The translations under genes were made by a program, and so were the position numbers. Under the pieces are notes generated by a model that was given only the letters and a program-made list of their open reading frames with translations, had not been told where the DNA came from and did not search any database. DNA of 41,399 nucleotides, taken from a virus. How positions within the stretch are numbered: position 1 is the first letter of the stretch; each line of letters begins with the position of its first letter. Below are positions 30,623 to 39,411 of the stretch, one piece after another. The stretch lies in IMG/VR virus record IMGVR_UViG_3300030613_000006. The stretch is one strand, 5' to 3'.

Positions 30623-32089
30623 CTAAACTGTATAAATTATTGTCAATTTGGGGCGGTATTGCGGTTCATTATAATATGCAGCTCCTTCAGCGAAACAAAA
30701 TCTTGTCCACTCATGAAGATATGTGCCACTACGTACGCCACTGGTATCAGGTTCTACATCTGCGGCATCATAATTAGCATTACGTACTCCTATTTTGGTA
30801 AGACCAGTTTTAGAGATAGCTGCCAATCCCGTACTGTTAAGTACGAAGGGCATAGAGTCCCCCACATTAGAACCCCAATTAGCATAAGTTATGGGAGTAT
30901 CACAATAAGGAGTAGTGCCAAATGTATTAAAATCTGCTCCTATTAGTGTTGTTGCGGATGCTGGATTGACGGAATAAATATTTGTGCTAGGCAATAGAGA
31001 GTTGTTATCACATTTCCATTGGGATGTAATATCGCCATTGCCACAGTAAAGTGTTAAAGTTGCCGATACAATAGATGCACCGCTTCCAATACTTGACGTG
31101 TCAAAACAAACAATGCTCCGTCTTATATCAATCCATACAAAGCCGAGTGTTGGATTTTTATATCCATACAACTGAATTTCTGCCATATAGTTCTCATCAT
31201 AATCCCCGAAGGGATCAGACGCACTCGGATTTATCCCATCATGTACTGCCGCCCAACTATAGTCTGGTGCAAGGTACCAACCTATAATCATACCATCCAC
31301 AGACGAGACTTCGGGGTGTGCATCTGGATAAAAGTCAACATAGAATGTAGTACCTGCCGTACCTGCCACAAAACTAGCATCAGAGCCATTCACGGTTGAG
31401 TATTTGTTTCTTGCTTGTGCCCGATAATGATATGTAGTACCGACTGTTAAGCCCGAAAATGTAGTCGAAAACGTGGCATTTGTTAATTTGGCTGTCTGCC
31501 AAGCCGTATCAGTACCGTAAGAGGTTGAAGTTCCAAACTGGAATCTAACAGAACAATCACCCCCGCCATCATAGGTTAAAGTACCATTAAGTGTGGCAGA
31601 ACTCCCCGCAATGCCCGTTGCCGCATCTGTTTGAACCGTGGCGGCTACTATATCATAAGGTTCGGGGTCGCCATACCCTCCCACTAAACCTGTTATCCCT
31701 GCAAAGGTTGGTATCCCTTTGAACATTCCCATAAAAGGAAACCATAAATCGGAATCGAGGTCAGACATTTCTCTGCCTTCTATCGCTCGATTCATAACCT
31801 CATCTACATTCCTGGTAATATCTTCTTCGTGTGCATCTACAACTACAAATCCGAGATTGTGTAATTGTGCCCGTTCCATTCTGGCTACGGCAGTTTGATT
31901 AACGCCATCATATAAATCTGCGTTTCTGATTCGTAAGGCTAGGTTGAAGTCAGGGACAATAAAGGGGATTATCATGCCAGCAAGTTCACTTCGCCCACCG
32001 ATTAGACTTGATTGAAAGTTATAATTGATTCTCTTGTTATCTAGCCAGGTGGCAATTTTGCCTTCGGTTTCGGTCATTAAGTTGGGCAC
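30623..32089 (-). CDS. Tail fibre protein with an FN3-like domain and an N-terminal DUF559/Vsr-like fold (488 aa)
   Basis: SATLNGTLTYDGGGDCSVRFQFGTSTSYGTDT......GLTVGTTYHYRAQARN is a classic FN3-type repeat. GTG start with GAGG 9 nt upstream. See the finding for the N-terminal domain. Confidence 0.65.
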   Translation of the reverse strand: MPNLMTETEGKIATWLDNKRINYNFQSSLIGGRSELAGMIIPFIVPDFNLALRIRNADLYDGVNQTAVARMERAQLHNLGFVVVDAHEEDITRNVDEVMNRAIEGREMSDLDSDLWFPFMGMFKGIPTFAGITGLVGGYGDPEPYDIVAATVQTDAATGIAGSSATLNGTLTYDGGGDCSVRFQFGTSTSYGTDTAWQTAKLTNATFSTTFSGLTVGTTYHYRAQARNKYSTVNGSDASFVAGTAGTTFYVDFYPDAHPEVSSVDGMIIGWYLAPDYSWAAVHDGINPSASDPFGDYDENYMAEIQLYGYKNPTLGFVWIDIRRSIVCFDTSSIGSGASIVSATLTLYCGNGDITSQWKCDNNSLLPSTNIYSVNPASATTLIGADFNTFGTTPYCDTPITYANWGSNVGDSMPFVLNSTGLAAISKTGLTKIGVRNANYDAADVEPDTSGVRSGTYLHEWTRFCFAEGAAYYNEPQYRPKLTIIYTV

Positions 32090-33834
32090 TATTCAACCTC
32101 GGAAACAGTCACATTAAATTCTTTTTCTCTGGCATATCTATCAAGCCACTTTTTGCTAGGCATAGAAACCACTCTCGCATATTTAGTTGATATGCTTAAA
32201 TCACCATCAGGGGAAAAATTTACTAAGGTCGAAGTATCCCTAGCAGTTTCTAACCAACTGATAATCTCTGGGGCTTTGTCACCCAATGCCGTGATAGTAA
32301 ACTGCCACGCAGACACACTCGCCGGCAGGGCAAGATACTTAAAGGCAAAAGCCCTTATCTTGGGAGTGTTGGTTGTCGTAGCCCCTCTGGCAAAGTCTAA
32401 CTTAAATCTAATATCGTTGAACGAAACTCCTAGATTAGTTCCGAAAGCAATAGAGGGATGTGCGGATGTGGTGAAATCCCCAAGCGAAGTCCAGTCCGCA
32501 TCATCATCGGCCTTGTAAGAAACAGTGACCTTCTCACTGGCATTTAAGTCCTGCGTTAAAGCCTCAACCCGTAAAGCGATCTTGGGAATAATGGAAAGCG
32601 TGGATAATCTTGATAAATATAAACTACCAGAAGCGGCGTAGGTGTATCCCGAGACCTTAGTTACATCGTGGGTTAAATCTGGGAATTGGACATACTTAAT
32701 ATTCGTGCCTTCAGAGAACCACAGTCTGCCAGGTGCATAAAGAGAGGCTGGTGAATATAGTAGATGTTCAATGGCACTTGTTGATGTGTAAATCTGATGC
32801 CACCCTCCCATTGTTTCATGTCTTTTCAAAATAGAGTCTTTTGTTCCGCCCGCCACGCAGACTATAACCCAATGGGAGGTGCCTATCATGTCGTAAATAT
32901 AACCCTGATAATCCGTGTCTAATCCGTCATCCTCATCGGGGCCGAACTGTGACACGCCGCTATTCGTTATCTTCGCTATTCCCATACCGGTTGAGATGTA
33001 AACAGAACCATTCCAATACATCCCGCATTTAGCTTGTGTGGTCAATGGGAATCTTACCTCTTGCTTATAGGCTTTCTTGGCATAGACATCTATGGCGTAA
33101 AGACCTTCAGCGGTAAGCATATATAAACACGGATCGCCAGTGGTTAAAAGTTTTCCTTCAAATAAATCCGTTACCGTAGTGTAGTCACCCGATAATGCAA
33201 AGGATGTCCATGTGCCATCAACATTCCCAACAGGAGAGCTATAAAGTGTAGTCCCTGTTGAGTTGATGCCCCAAAGTTTATCATCTAGTACGGCCATATA
33301 TTTCATAGCACCACTTGTTAATGCCGCCCAGGCGCTTGTGCCGTGCCCCGCAGAAGTGTATCTAGCCGACGTGCCGTTGCAGACGACTAAATAATTATCT
33401 GTTTCGTCTTTGAAGGTTATGGCATCGGTGGGAGCAGTTAGTTCCGTTCCGTCATCGGCATCCGTCCATGTTGAAGTGACCAAATACATTGCCTTAGAAT
33501 TGGCGAAACCGTAGGTTTCGCTTTCAAAGTCAATCATCTTTAACGGTGCAGCATTGAACGCCCCCATAGTTGTAACTAGCGGGCCGAGAGTCCAATACCT
33601 ATCTTTGGTAGTCTCTACCCCTTCCCCCCAATAAAATCGTTGTGTAGGAGATTCCTCAGCCTCTACACCAAGACCGCCACGCAAGTCTGCATATTCTCTT
33701 ATATCACAGGGTGTGAAGTTCCCGAACTCCGACCCGCCAGTTCCAATTTTTGCAGCCCACGGAGCAACCTGTTTCTCTTGTATATCGCCCGTAACTTCTA
33801 TTCTGTGGCTATTTAGAACAACGTACTGTGGCAT
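32089..33834 (-). CDS. Tail structural protein (581 aa; nozzle or hub sized)
   Basis: Large ORF in the tail module, TAAATG-coupled. No motif recognised. Confidence 0.6.
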   Translation of the reverse strand: MPQYVVLNSHRIEVTGDIQEKQVAPWAAKIGTGGSEFGNFTPCDIREYADLRGGLGVEAEESPTQRFYWGEGVETTKDRYWTLGPLVTTMGAFNAAPLKMIDFESETYGFANSKAMYLVTSTWTDADDGTELTAPTDAITFKDETDNYLVVCNGTSARYTSAGHGTSAWAALTSGAMKYMAVLDDKLWGINSTGTTLYSSPVGNVDGTWTSFALSGDYTTVTDLFEGKLLTTGDPCLYMLTAEGLYAIDVYAKKAYKQEVRFPLTTQAKCGMYWNGSVYISTGMGIAKITNSGVSQFGPDEDDGLDTDYQGYIYDMIGTSHWVIVCVAGGTKDSILKRHETMGGWHQIYTSTSAIEHLLYSPASLYAPGRLWFSEGTNIKYVQFPDLTHDVTKVSGYTYAASGSLYLSRLSTLSIIPKIALRVEALTQDLNASEKVTVSYKADDDADWTSLGDFTTSAHPSIAFGTNLGVSFNDIRFKLDFARGATTTNTPKIRAFAFKYLALPASVSAWQFTITALGDKAPEIISWLETARDTSTLVNFSPDGDLSISTKYARVVSMPSKKWLDRYAREKEFNVTVSEVE

Positions 33835-34644
33835 TTATCCCTCGTAGACCATCTTTGCGCCTGGGGGTAGCGGAATAGACATCCGCTTTTGTATTTTATC
33901 TGCCTTTGTCTGAGCCCTGTCTGCCTGAGATTCTTTACCAACCATTGTATCAAGTAGTAAAGCCTTAGCCTGCTCAATGATAAATTCAGGTGGAATCTCG
34001 CAGGTATCGGCGTCATTAGTTAAACCCGCCTGCGTAGAATAGCCCATTATCCTAAGATGCAGACCATTTTCTGATGCGCCAATCCCAAAAGTATCATCAT
34101 GGAACTTTAAGAGAGAGCCAGGAATTACGGAGTAGTGATTGGGGTCAATCCAACCCCCTTGATAATATTTGAGGGCATTGGTTACATCTTCCAACCAAAT
34201 ACCGGTAATGTATTTGAATCCCGATGGTATGGAGTATTCATAAACATCGGTTTCCAAGTCTACTGTTTCATCTATCTTTTCAAGGGTGTATTGTTTCTTA
34301 CCCATCTCGATAGAACGGTTCACGGCGTCTTTGTACTGATTCCACTTGAACATCTTGTGAAGTTCAAACTGGCTGTTGGTCGTTAGACTATTAGCAAAGG
34401 CAGGGGCAACAATTATGGTGGTGTTCGTGGCATCAAAATCGTATACCTCCCTAGTCTGCCCAACGGCTACACCTGAATAGATATGGAAATCCCAACCGTT
34501 GTAATGGTCAGCCCCTTCTCTTAGATACGAACAAATTGCGTGGGTTGTATTGGAGTTAGTCTCGCACGTACCCACCCTGCAATCATCTAGGGAATAGGCA
34601 ATAGATTGTATAAGTTCGTATAATGCTTTGGAGTAAATACCCAT
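33835..34644 (-). CDS. Virion structural protein (269 aa; adaptor sized)
   Basis: Position in the operon and tight coupling. Confidence 0.55.
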   Translation of the reverse strand: MGIYSKALYELIQSIAYSLDDCRVGTCETNSNTTHAICSYLREGADHYNGWDFHIYSGVAVGQTREVYDFDATNTTIIVAPAFANSLTTNSQFELHKMFKWNQYKDAVNRSIEMGKKQYTLEKIDETVDLETDVYEYSIPSGFKYITGIWLEDVTNALKYYQGGWIDPNHYSVIPGSLLKFHDDTFGIGASENGLHLRIMGYSTQAGLTNDADTCEIPPEFIIEQAKALLLDTMVGKESQADRAQTKADKIQKRMSIPLPPGAKMVYEG

Positions 34645-34645
34645 C

Positions 34646-35008
34646 TTATGACCTCACGCCCATTACTCGGAAAGTTCTGGCTTGGGTAGTTTGGGCTGCA
34701 CTTGTTTTAATCTTAATAAACTGAAAGCCGCCAATGGGTACAGTCCACGTTGTACCACCCTCACTGGCCGTGGTTATTGCCTGGTCATCGCCACCATTAG
34801 TTAGGCTTGTAAGGTACAAGTCTTGGAAAGTGCCGCCTGTCTTTTCGGCCACCATGATACTCACGGATGCCTCGTCTATGGTGGGGATGATAACCTGCAC
34901 GGTGTCATAAGCCCTTCCTAGGTCTACTTCTGGCGACAGGACACCTTCCTCTAACGGGTCTGCAACATATTTAGGAACTATTGCACTCTTCCATTCTCCG
35001 TGTATCAT
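34646..35008 (-). CDS. Small virion protein, paralog B (120 aa from MIHGEWK)
   Basis: The ATG at 35008 overlaps the paralog A stop (ATGA), with GGAG 8 nt upstream. It aligns along its length with paralog A and ends in FRVMGVRS. Confidence 0.65.
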   Translation of the reverse strand: MIHGEWKSAIVPKYVADPLEEGVLSPEVDLGRAYDTVQVIIPTIDEASVSIMVAEKTGGTFQDLYLTSLTNGGDDQAITTASEGGTTWTVPIGGFQFIKIKTSAAQTTQARTFRVMGVRS

Positions 35009-35349
35009 CGTCTTACTCCGCACACCCTGAAAGTTCTATTGGCTTCCTGGGCTTGACTAGAAAGCAGTTTAATGTACTGGAATCCGCCCAAGGGTACTAC
35101 CCACGTTATCCCGCCGGTACCAGAAGTGGTTATCGGTTGGTCATCATCAGCATCATTTGTTGATGTGATATATAGATTCTGATATGTACCTGCCAGACTT
35201 TCCGAAACCCTCACGCTTATCGAAGCTGCCGTAATTGTGGGGATTACCACAAGCAAGGTATCATATACCCTACCCAAATCCACAGCGGCAGACAACGTGG
35301 TGCTAGTCGCTATTGTAATAATGCAATCTTTCCATGTACCTTGTATCAT
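35005..35349 (-). CDS. Small virion protein, paralog A (114 aa)
   Basis: TAGGAGGTAAAA RBS. Shares MIQGTWK..., VDLGRVYDT, IPTI.AAS.S, GGFQYIK and FRVCGVRR with paralog B. Confidence 0.7.
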   Translation of the reverse strand: MIQGTWKDCIITIATSTTLSAAVDLGRVYDTLLVVIPTITAASISVRVSESLAGTYQNLYITSTNDADDDQPITTSGTGGITWVVPLGGFQYIKLLSSQAQEANRTFRVCGVRR

Positions 35350-35380
35350 TTTTACCTCCTACACACACACTGAGGCGTGC

Positions 35381-35611
35381 TTATTCGTTTAGTTTTTCAA
35401 AAATATCGTTACACTTGCCCAAAATGTCATCAAGCTTGTCATTCATGTCATTGAGTAGGGTGTCATCTATCAGCGCGGTAGTGGTTTTGCCATCACCACC
35501 ACACCCCGTACAGGGGTTTTCATAGATGGGATTATTTTGCTCATCATAACCAATGACCCTTGACCCCACCCCCCTGCACGATGCACAAACTACTGTTAAA
35601 GGTATTCCCAT
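35381..35611 (-). CDS. DnaJ-type zinc-finger mini-protein (76 aa; CASCRGVG, CTGCGGDG)
   Basis: Two CxxCxGxG repeats followed by an acidic helical tail. TAGGAGG RBS. Confidence 0.65.
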   Translation of the reverse strand: MGIPLTVVCASCRGVGSRVIGYDEQNNPIYENPCTGCGGDGKTTTALIDDTLLNDMNDKLDDILGKCNDIFEKLNE

Positions 35612-35620
35612 GTTGGCCTC

Positions 35621-35857
35621 CTAATCAAAGCCTCCCATCGCCATCTTTGCGTGTTGAGGATTCATTCTCTTATTCTCGTTTAACCCGCCAGTAACCCTCT
35701 CTTTTGTGGAAAGTTTCATTATGGGCGGTTGGGGGATTGAAAAAACCCTTACCATTTCAACGCCGCAATGACACCTCGTATCATTTCTTTGGTTCATTGG
35801 CAAAAGAACTTCCTGGTCTATCCCGCATTTCGGGCATTTATAATTGTAAATAGGCAT
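35621..35857 (-). CDS. FmdB-family-like zinc-ribbon protein (78 aa)
   Basis: MPIYNYKCPKCG.....(17 aa)....CHCG matches the MPIYEY.C..CG N-terminal signature of FmdB-type zinc ribbons. Confidence 0.6.
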   Translation of the reverse strand: MPIYNYKCPKCGIDQEVLLPMNQRNDTRCHCGVEMVRVFSIPQPPIMKLSTKERVTGGLNENKRMNPQHAKMAMGGFD

Positions 35858-35913
35858 AAACTCTCCCTTGCTATTTAGGGGGCAGCCGAAGCCACCCCCT
35901 AAATTTAGTTCTG

Positions 35914-36885
35914 TTATGCACCCGCAGCAGGAGCAGGGTCAGCATTGGTTGTGCCGGCAGCGGTATGGTTGCCCATCCAGAACTGCTCACCGCCAGCATG
36001 TTCAATCGGTGTCGCACTTGAAGGCACAGACACATAATTGTTCACTACATAAACACCAGACGTGGCATCTACGTCAATACCCTTGCAGGACGAGCCATTT
36101 GTCAGCCCAACAAAGTTGTCTTGAATCCAGAAGTTATAGCAGACTAGATTCGCATGAACATAAATACCCGTTGTGTTGGAGTAGTTGCTGGTAACATGGC
36201 AGTTCCTTATCCCGCCATTGATAGCATACTGGTCAGCCGCATCATAATAAGCGGCAATGCCATAAGTCTTGGCGCCAGTAACAGTGATGTTATCAATCCA
36301 TGAACCCTTCATTGTGGTTGCATAGACGCCATTAGTAGCCGTGGTACCATCCATCTCTATTACGATGTCATGGAGATAGTTGTTATCCCCGGGGAAGGCT
36401 AGGTAGATTGCGGGGATAGCAGCATCGTTATAGATGTGGACATTGCACAGTTCATTACCTGAGCCGTTGATAAGCACCACCGCTGTTGATGCCGAACCGC
36501 CAGCGTAATTTAACGAAACCCCGTAATCTTTACCCGGGACTCCGCCACCACATCCGATAACACTTATTCCATAACCCGAATAAAGTAATTGCGTGGTTTC
36601 ATCGTAATGGCCCGGGGCTATGAACAGAAAGGCTCTATGCGCCTTGTCATCGGCTATGGTCGTAGTCCCCTCGTCAAACCTACAGGCATCAATGCCCTTT
36701 TCAAAAGTCTGGAAGGCACTACCCCATGACCGACCATCGTTTCCATTGTTGCCGAATGAAGCATCAACAAAGAAGCACTTTGGCTTTCCTGCCATACCCC
36801 AGGGCAGCATATTGCCACCCCAACCCTTAACTACCGCACCTGGTTTTATGTTTAATTCCCTATACACGTTTACGTTTTGACTCAT
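35914..36885 (-). CDS. Right-handed beta-helix (pectate-lyase-fold-like) virion protein (323 aa)
   Basis: FVDASFGNNGNDGRSWGSAFQTFEKGIDA entry motif, then repetitive N/G/I/V-rich coils (NCHVTSNYSNTTGIYVHANLV, GIDVDATSGVYVVNNYV). GGAGGT RBS. Overlaps the upstream gene by 26 nt. Confidence 0.6.
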   Translation of the reverse strand: MSQNVNVYRELNIKPGAVVKGWGGNMLPWGMAGKPKCFFVDASFGNNGNDGRSWGSAFQTFEKGIDACRFDEGTTTIADDKAHRAFLFIAPGHYDETTQLLYSGYGISVIGCGGGVPGKDYGVSLNYAGGSASTAVVLINGSGNELCNVHIYNDAAIPAIYLAFPGDNNYLHDIVIEMDGTTATNGVYATTMKGSWIDNITVTGAKTYGIAAYYDAADQYAINGGIRNCHVTSNYSNTTGIYVHANLVCYNFWIQDNFVGLTNGSSCKGIDVDATSGVYVVNNYVSVPSSATPIEHAGGEQFWMGNHTAAGTTNADPAPAAGA

Positions 36886-38233
36886 TTAGTTTTACCTCCG
36901 TTTTATTTTTAGACTTGACGGCTGCCGAGTCAGCAGCCCTTAGTTGTGCCAGAGCTTCTAAGCTCATAACACATGGCGGGTCATGTTGACTATCCCAAGT
37001 CAAATCAGTCTGGTCAACTTCTTCTGGCTTGGTCTTAAACTCCCGCCATTTTTCTCCGTAATGTTGGTTCAGATACTCGATTTCAGGCGAAGGAACAGGG
37101 TACTTTCTACCATAAAATTCCCGCTCGCCTAATTTGTCAAAGTACCTTCGTTCAAAACAATGAGCAACTACTAATGCGTCTGGATGTATCGAACCGCCAG
37201 GGGTAGTATCCCAGACGTAATACCACAGATACCTGTCGTCATGTTCACAGAATTTTAGGTCGAGCATAACGCCGTTCTCATGGATACACAGTAATTGCCT
37301 TCGTTCCCCTACGTTTTGTTGGAATGTTCTGTAGCCGGCGTTGTAGAGCGAGTCTATAAGTTTGGGCATGGCTTCATCGGATATATCATCCTTAAAGCAC
37401 CGCACGTCAATATCATGGTCGTAGATATTGAAGTCATTATCTCGTACTGCGCTCAGGAGAGTACCCGAATCAATCCAGTGTCTTGCACCCAAGTCCTCTA
37501 GAACGCCACATACGCCCTCTAGTGCCACCTTAGCATCACCGGGATTAAGTATCCCCCTCCTGCGTCTTTCAAGATGCTCTTTCCGCCTTGTAGCCTCTAC
37601 AGCATCAGCACAGGTATAAACTTTATCCCCGATGTGCCCCAAAAGGATTGAAGTATCGGCATAGACTTTTTCACCCATCTCTCTGGCACGTTCACAGAAT
37701 GACCAGTCCTCACTCCATAGCATTTTCTTATCACTTGTAAAGACAAAGAATGGGAAACACTCGCACCATTGCCCCTGTTGGAGTCTGGGGAGTTCATAAT
37801 GCTCTACCATCTCCTTCAAAAGGCTTTTAGCAATGCCCATAAAACCAGTAGCAAGCCACTTGATTTCATTAACCTTGCCGTCGAGCCGAATCCCACCCTT
37901 ATCTTCTATGCCATAAGATGCTAGCTGTGAGCCATTCCGAACAGGGTATAAGCCACCAACTAGCCTATATCCCTCTTTCATGTCTTGGAATAGTTTAGCG
38001 AGATGATGCGGGTTGAATACAATGTCATCATCCAGAAATATCATGTAATCAGCCCAATCGTGTTCCATGAATTGTGTTGCAGCCACACTCCGCATCCTAT
38101 CTAGCCACGCATCCCCACTGTCATAGCGGATTATGAAGTTGTTACCCAGTTCCTGATGTGCGAACTCAATGCAACTGGCAGTAATCGGGCTTACCCCCCT
38201 ATGACTGCAAACAGACAATACAAAGTCCTTCAT
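36860..38233 (-). CDS. Bifunctional GT-A glycosyltransferase / LicD-family phosphotransferase fusion (457 aa)
   Basis: N-terminal half: DxD (IFLDDDIVF) and SEDWSFCERAREMG..VYAD....GHIG. C-terminal half: HWIDSGTLLSAVRDNDFNIYDHDIDV and a ..YFDKLGEREFYGRKYPVPSPEIEYLNQHYG end, the LicD nucleotidyltransferase-fold signature. Confidence 0.7.
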   Translation of the reverse strand: MKDFVLSVCSHRGVSPITASCIEFAHQELGNNFIIRYDSGDAWLDRMRSVAATQFMEHDWADYMIFLDDDIVFNPHHLAKLFQDMKEGYRLVGGLYPVRNGSQLASYGIEDKGGIRLDGKVNEIKWLATGFMGIAKSLLKEMVEHYELPRLQQGQWCECFPFFVFTSDKKMLWSEDWSFCERAREMGEKVYADTSILLGHIGDKVYTCADAVEATRRKEHLERRRRGILNPGDAKVALEGVCGVLEDLGARHWIDSGTLLSAVRDNDFNIYDHDIDVRCFKDDISDEAMPKLIDSLYNAGYRTFQQNVGERRQLLCIHENGVMLDLKFCEHDDRYLWYYVWDTTPGGSIHPDALVVAHCFERRYFDKLGEREFYGRKYPVPSPEIEYLNQHYGEKWREFKTKPEEVDQTDLTWDSQHDPPCVMSLEALAQLRAADSAAVKSKNKTEVKLNESKRKRV

Positions 38234-38541
38234 AAAACTCTAACCCTATCCTTTCCAAGACGTTTTTCAAGTTTCGATGTAACCCTTTGTGGAACATCAT
38301 TGAAAACAATCTCTTGCAGAGGCTTTGTATATACAAAGTTACCCCTCATTGTGTAATGATTGTCCACTTGGTTATGCGCTGAAGGGACTTCAGCGAGGAA
38401 AAAGTCTATCGGTGACTTCAAGACCCATCCTCGCTGTTCCATAGCCTCGACAAATTTCTTACTATTCGCTTCAAAGATGGTTTCTAACGCCACCCCCGTG
38501 CAGTCTTTTGGTGCTATGAATATCCCTTGTAAAGTTTTCAC
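38230..38541 (-). CDS. Hypothetical protein directly after the capsid gene (103 aa)
   Basis: GTG start after AGGGGAA. ATGA-coupled to the GT/LicD gene. Confidence 0.55.
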   Translation of the reverse strand: MKTLQGIFIAPKDCTGVALETIFEANSKKFVEAMEQRGWVLKSPIDFFLAEVPSAHNQVDNHYTMRGNFVYTKPLQEIVFNDVPQRVTSKLEKRLGKDRVRVL

Positions 38542-39399
38542 TTATTTCCCCTGAAGACAAATACCGTTGTATTCTCTTTCCTCACCAAGACCCCAGATGC
38601 ACTCAGTCAAGATTGTGTCGCAACCAGCACGCGGGTCATAGGCTACCTTAACCGTAGGTTCACTCTGGACTATCAGGATAATAGCCTCTTTCTGAATCAG
38701 GGCACAGTTATGGTTCCCAGCATTGGCCTCAAGGTTAGTAGAGACATAGACTGGCGCACCGTAAATCGGATAGTTCAGTTTTGCTGATTCGATTGCAGTT
38801 GTTTTCCCCGAAGGATTCACATAATCTAATCGGACAAACTTGTCTATCTTCATTAGGCTACCCCAAGTCTCCGGGCTGATAATCCAGGCCCTATCGGTCA
38901 TGGGTACATTGTTTGTGGTCAATGCGGTAACACAATCGATCAGGTTGTCATCGGTAACGTCTACACCAATAGTTCCCTTGCGAGTGCCACCGTGTAAGGC
39001 ATCAAAGGTTGCGGTTACTGTTGCATCTACCTTTTCCGTCATAGCCGCAGCATCCATCTTGGTATATGCGGTGAGCATATCAACGATAGATTGCACCTTG
39101 GTAATCTTTTCCAGCTTTCGGAAAATGTAGTAGTCGTTAGTAATGGACACATTTGTCCATCCCTCGTTATTGGTGTTGTAGGTGAAGTCTGTGTTTACTG
39201 TGTGTGAGAGAGGAACCACCTTGGTTATTGACCCCAAGTGAAGCGTATCTCCCTTCTTCATGTCCGATTCAAAACGCCTATCAACCAGACCAGACGCTAC
39301 TGAATTGTTAATGTACTGGTCAATGTATAAGGCACTCCAAATTTCGGGCACAAAAGGTGCAGCAGCAACTACACCGATAGTATTAGTTATTTCGGACAT
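38542..39399 (-). CDS. Major capsid protein (putative, HK97-fold type)
   Basis: 285-aa ORF immediately after the scaffold-like gene, with a strong TAGGAG RBS. The N-terminal ..PFVPEIWS.. pattern is common in small HK97-type capsid proteins. The call rests mainly on synteny. Confidence 0.7.
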   Translation of the reverse strand: MSEITNTIGVVAAAPFVPEIWSALYIDQYINNSVASGLVDRRFESDMKKGDTLHLGSITKVVPLSHTVNTDFTYNTNNEGWTNVSITNDYYIFRKLEKITKVQSIVDMLTAYTKMDAAAMTEKVDATVTATFDALHGGTRKGTIGVDVTDDNLIDCVTALTTNNVPMTDRAWIISPETWGSLMKIDKFVRLDYVNPSGKTTAIESAKLNYPIYGAPVYVSTNLEANAGNHNCALIQKEAIILIVQSEPTVKVAYDPRAGCDTILTECIWGLGEEREYNGICLQGK

Positions 39400-39411
39400 C
39401 TTAAGCTCCTA

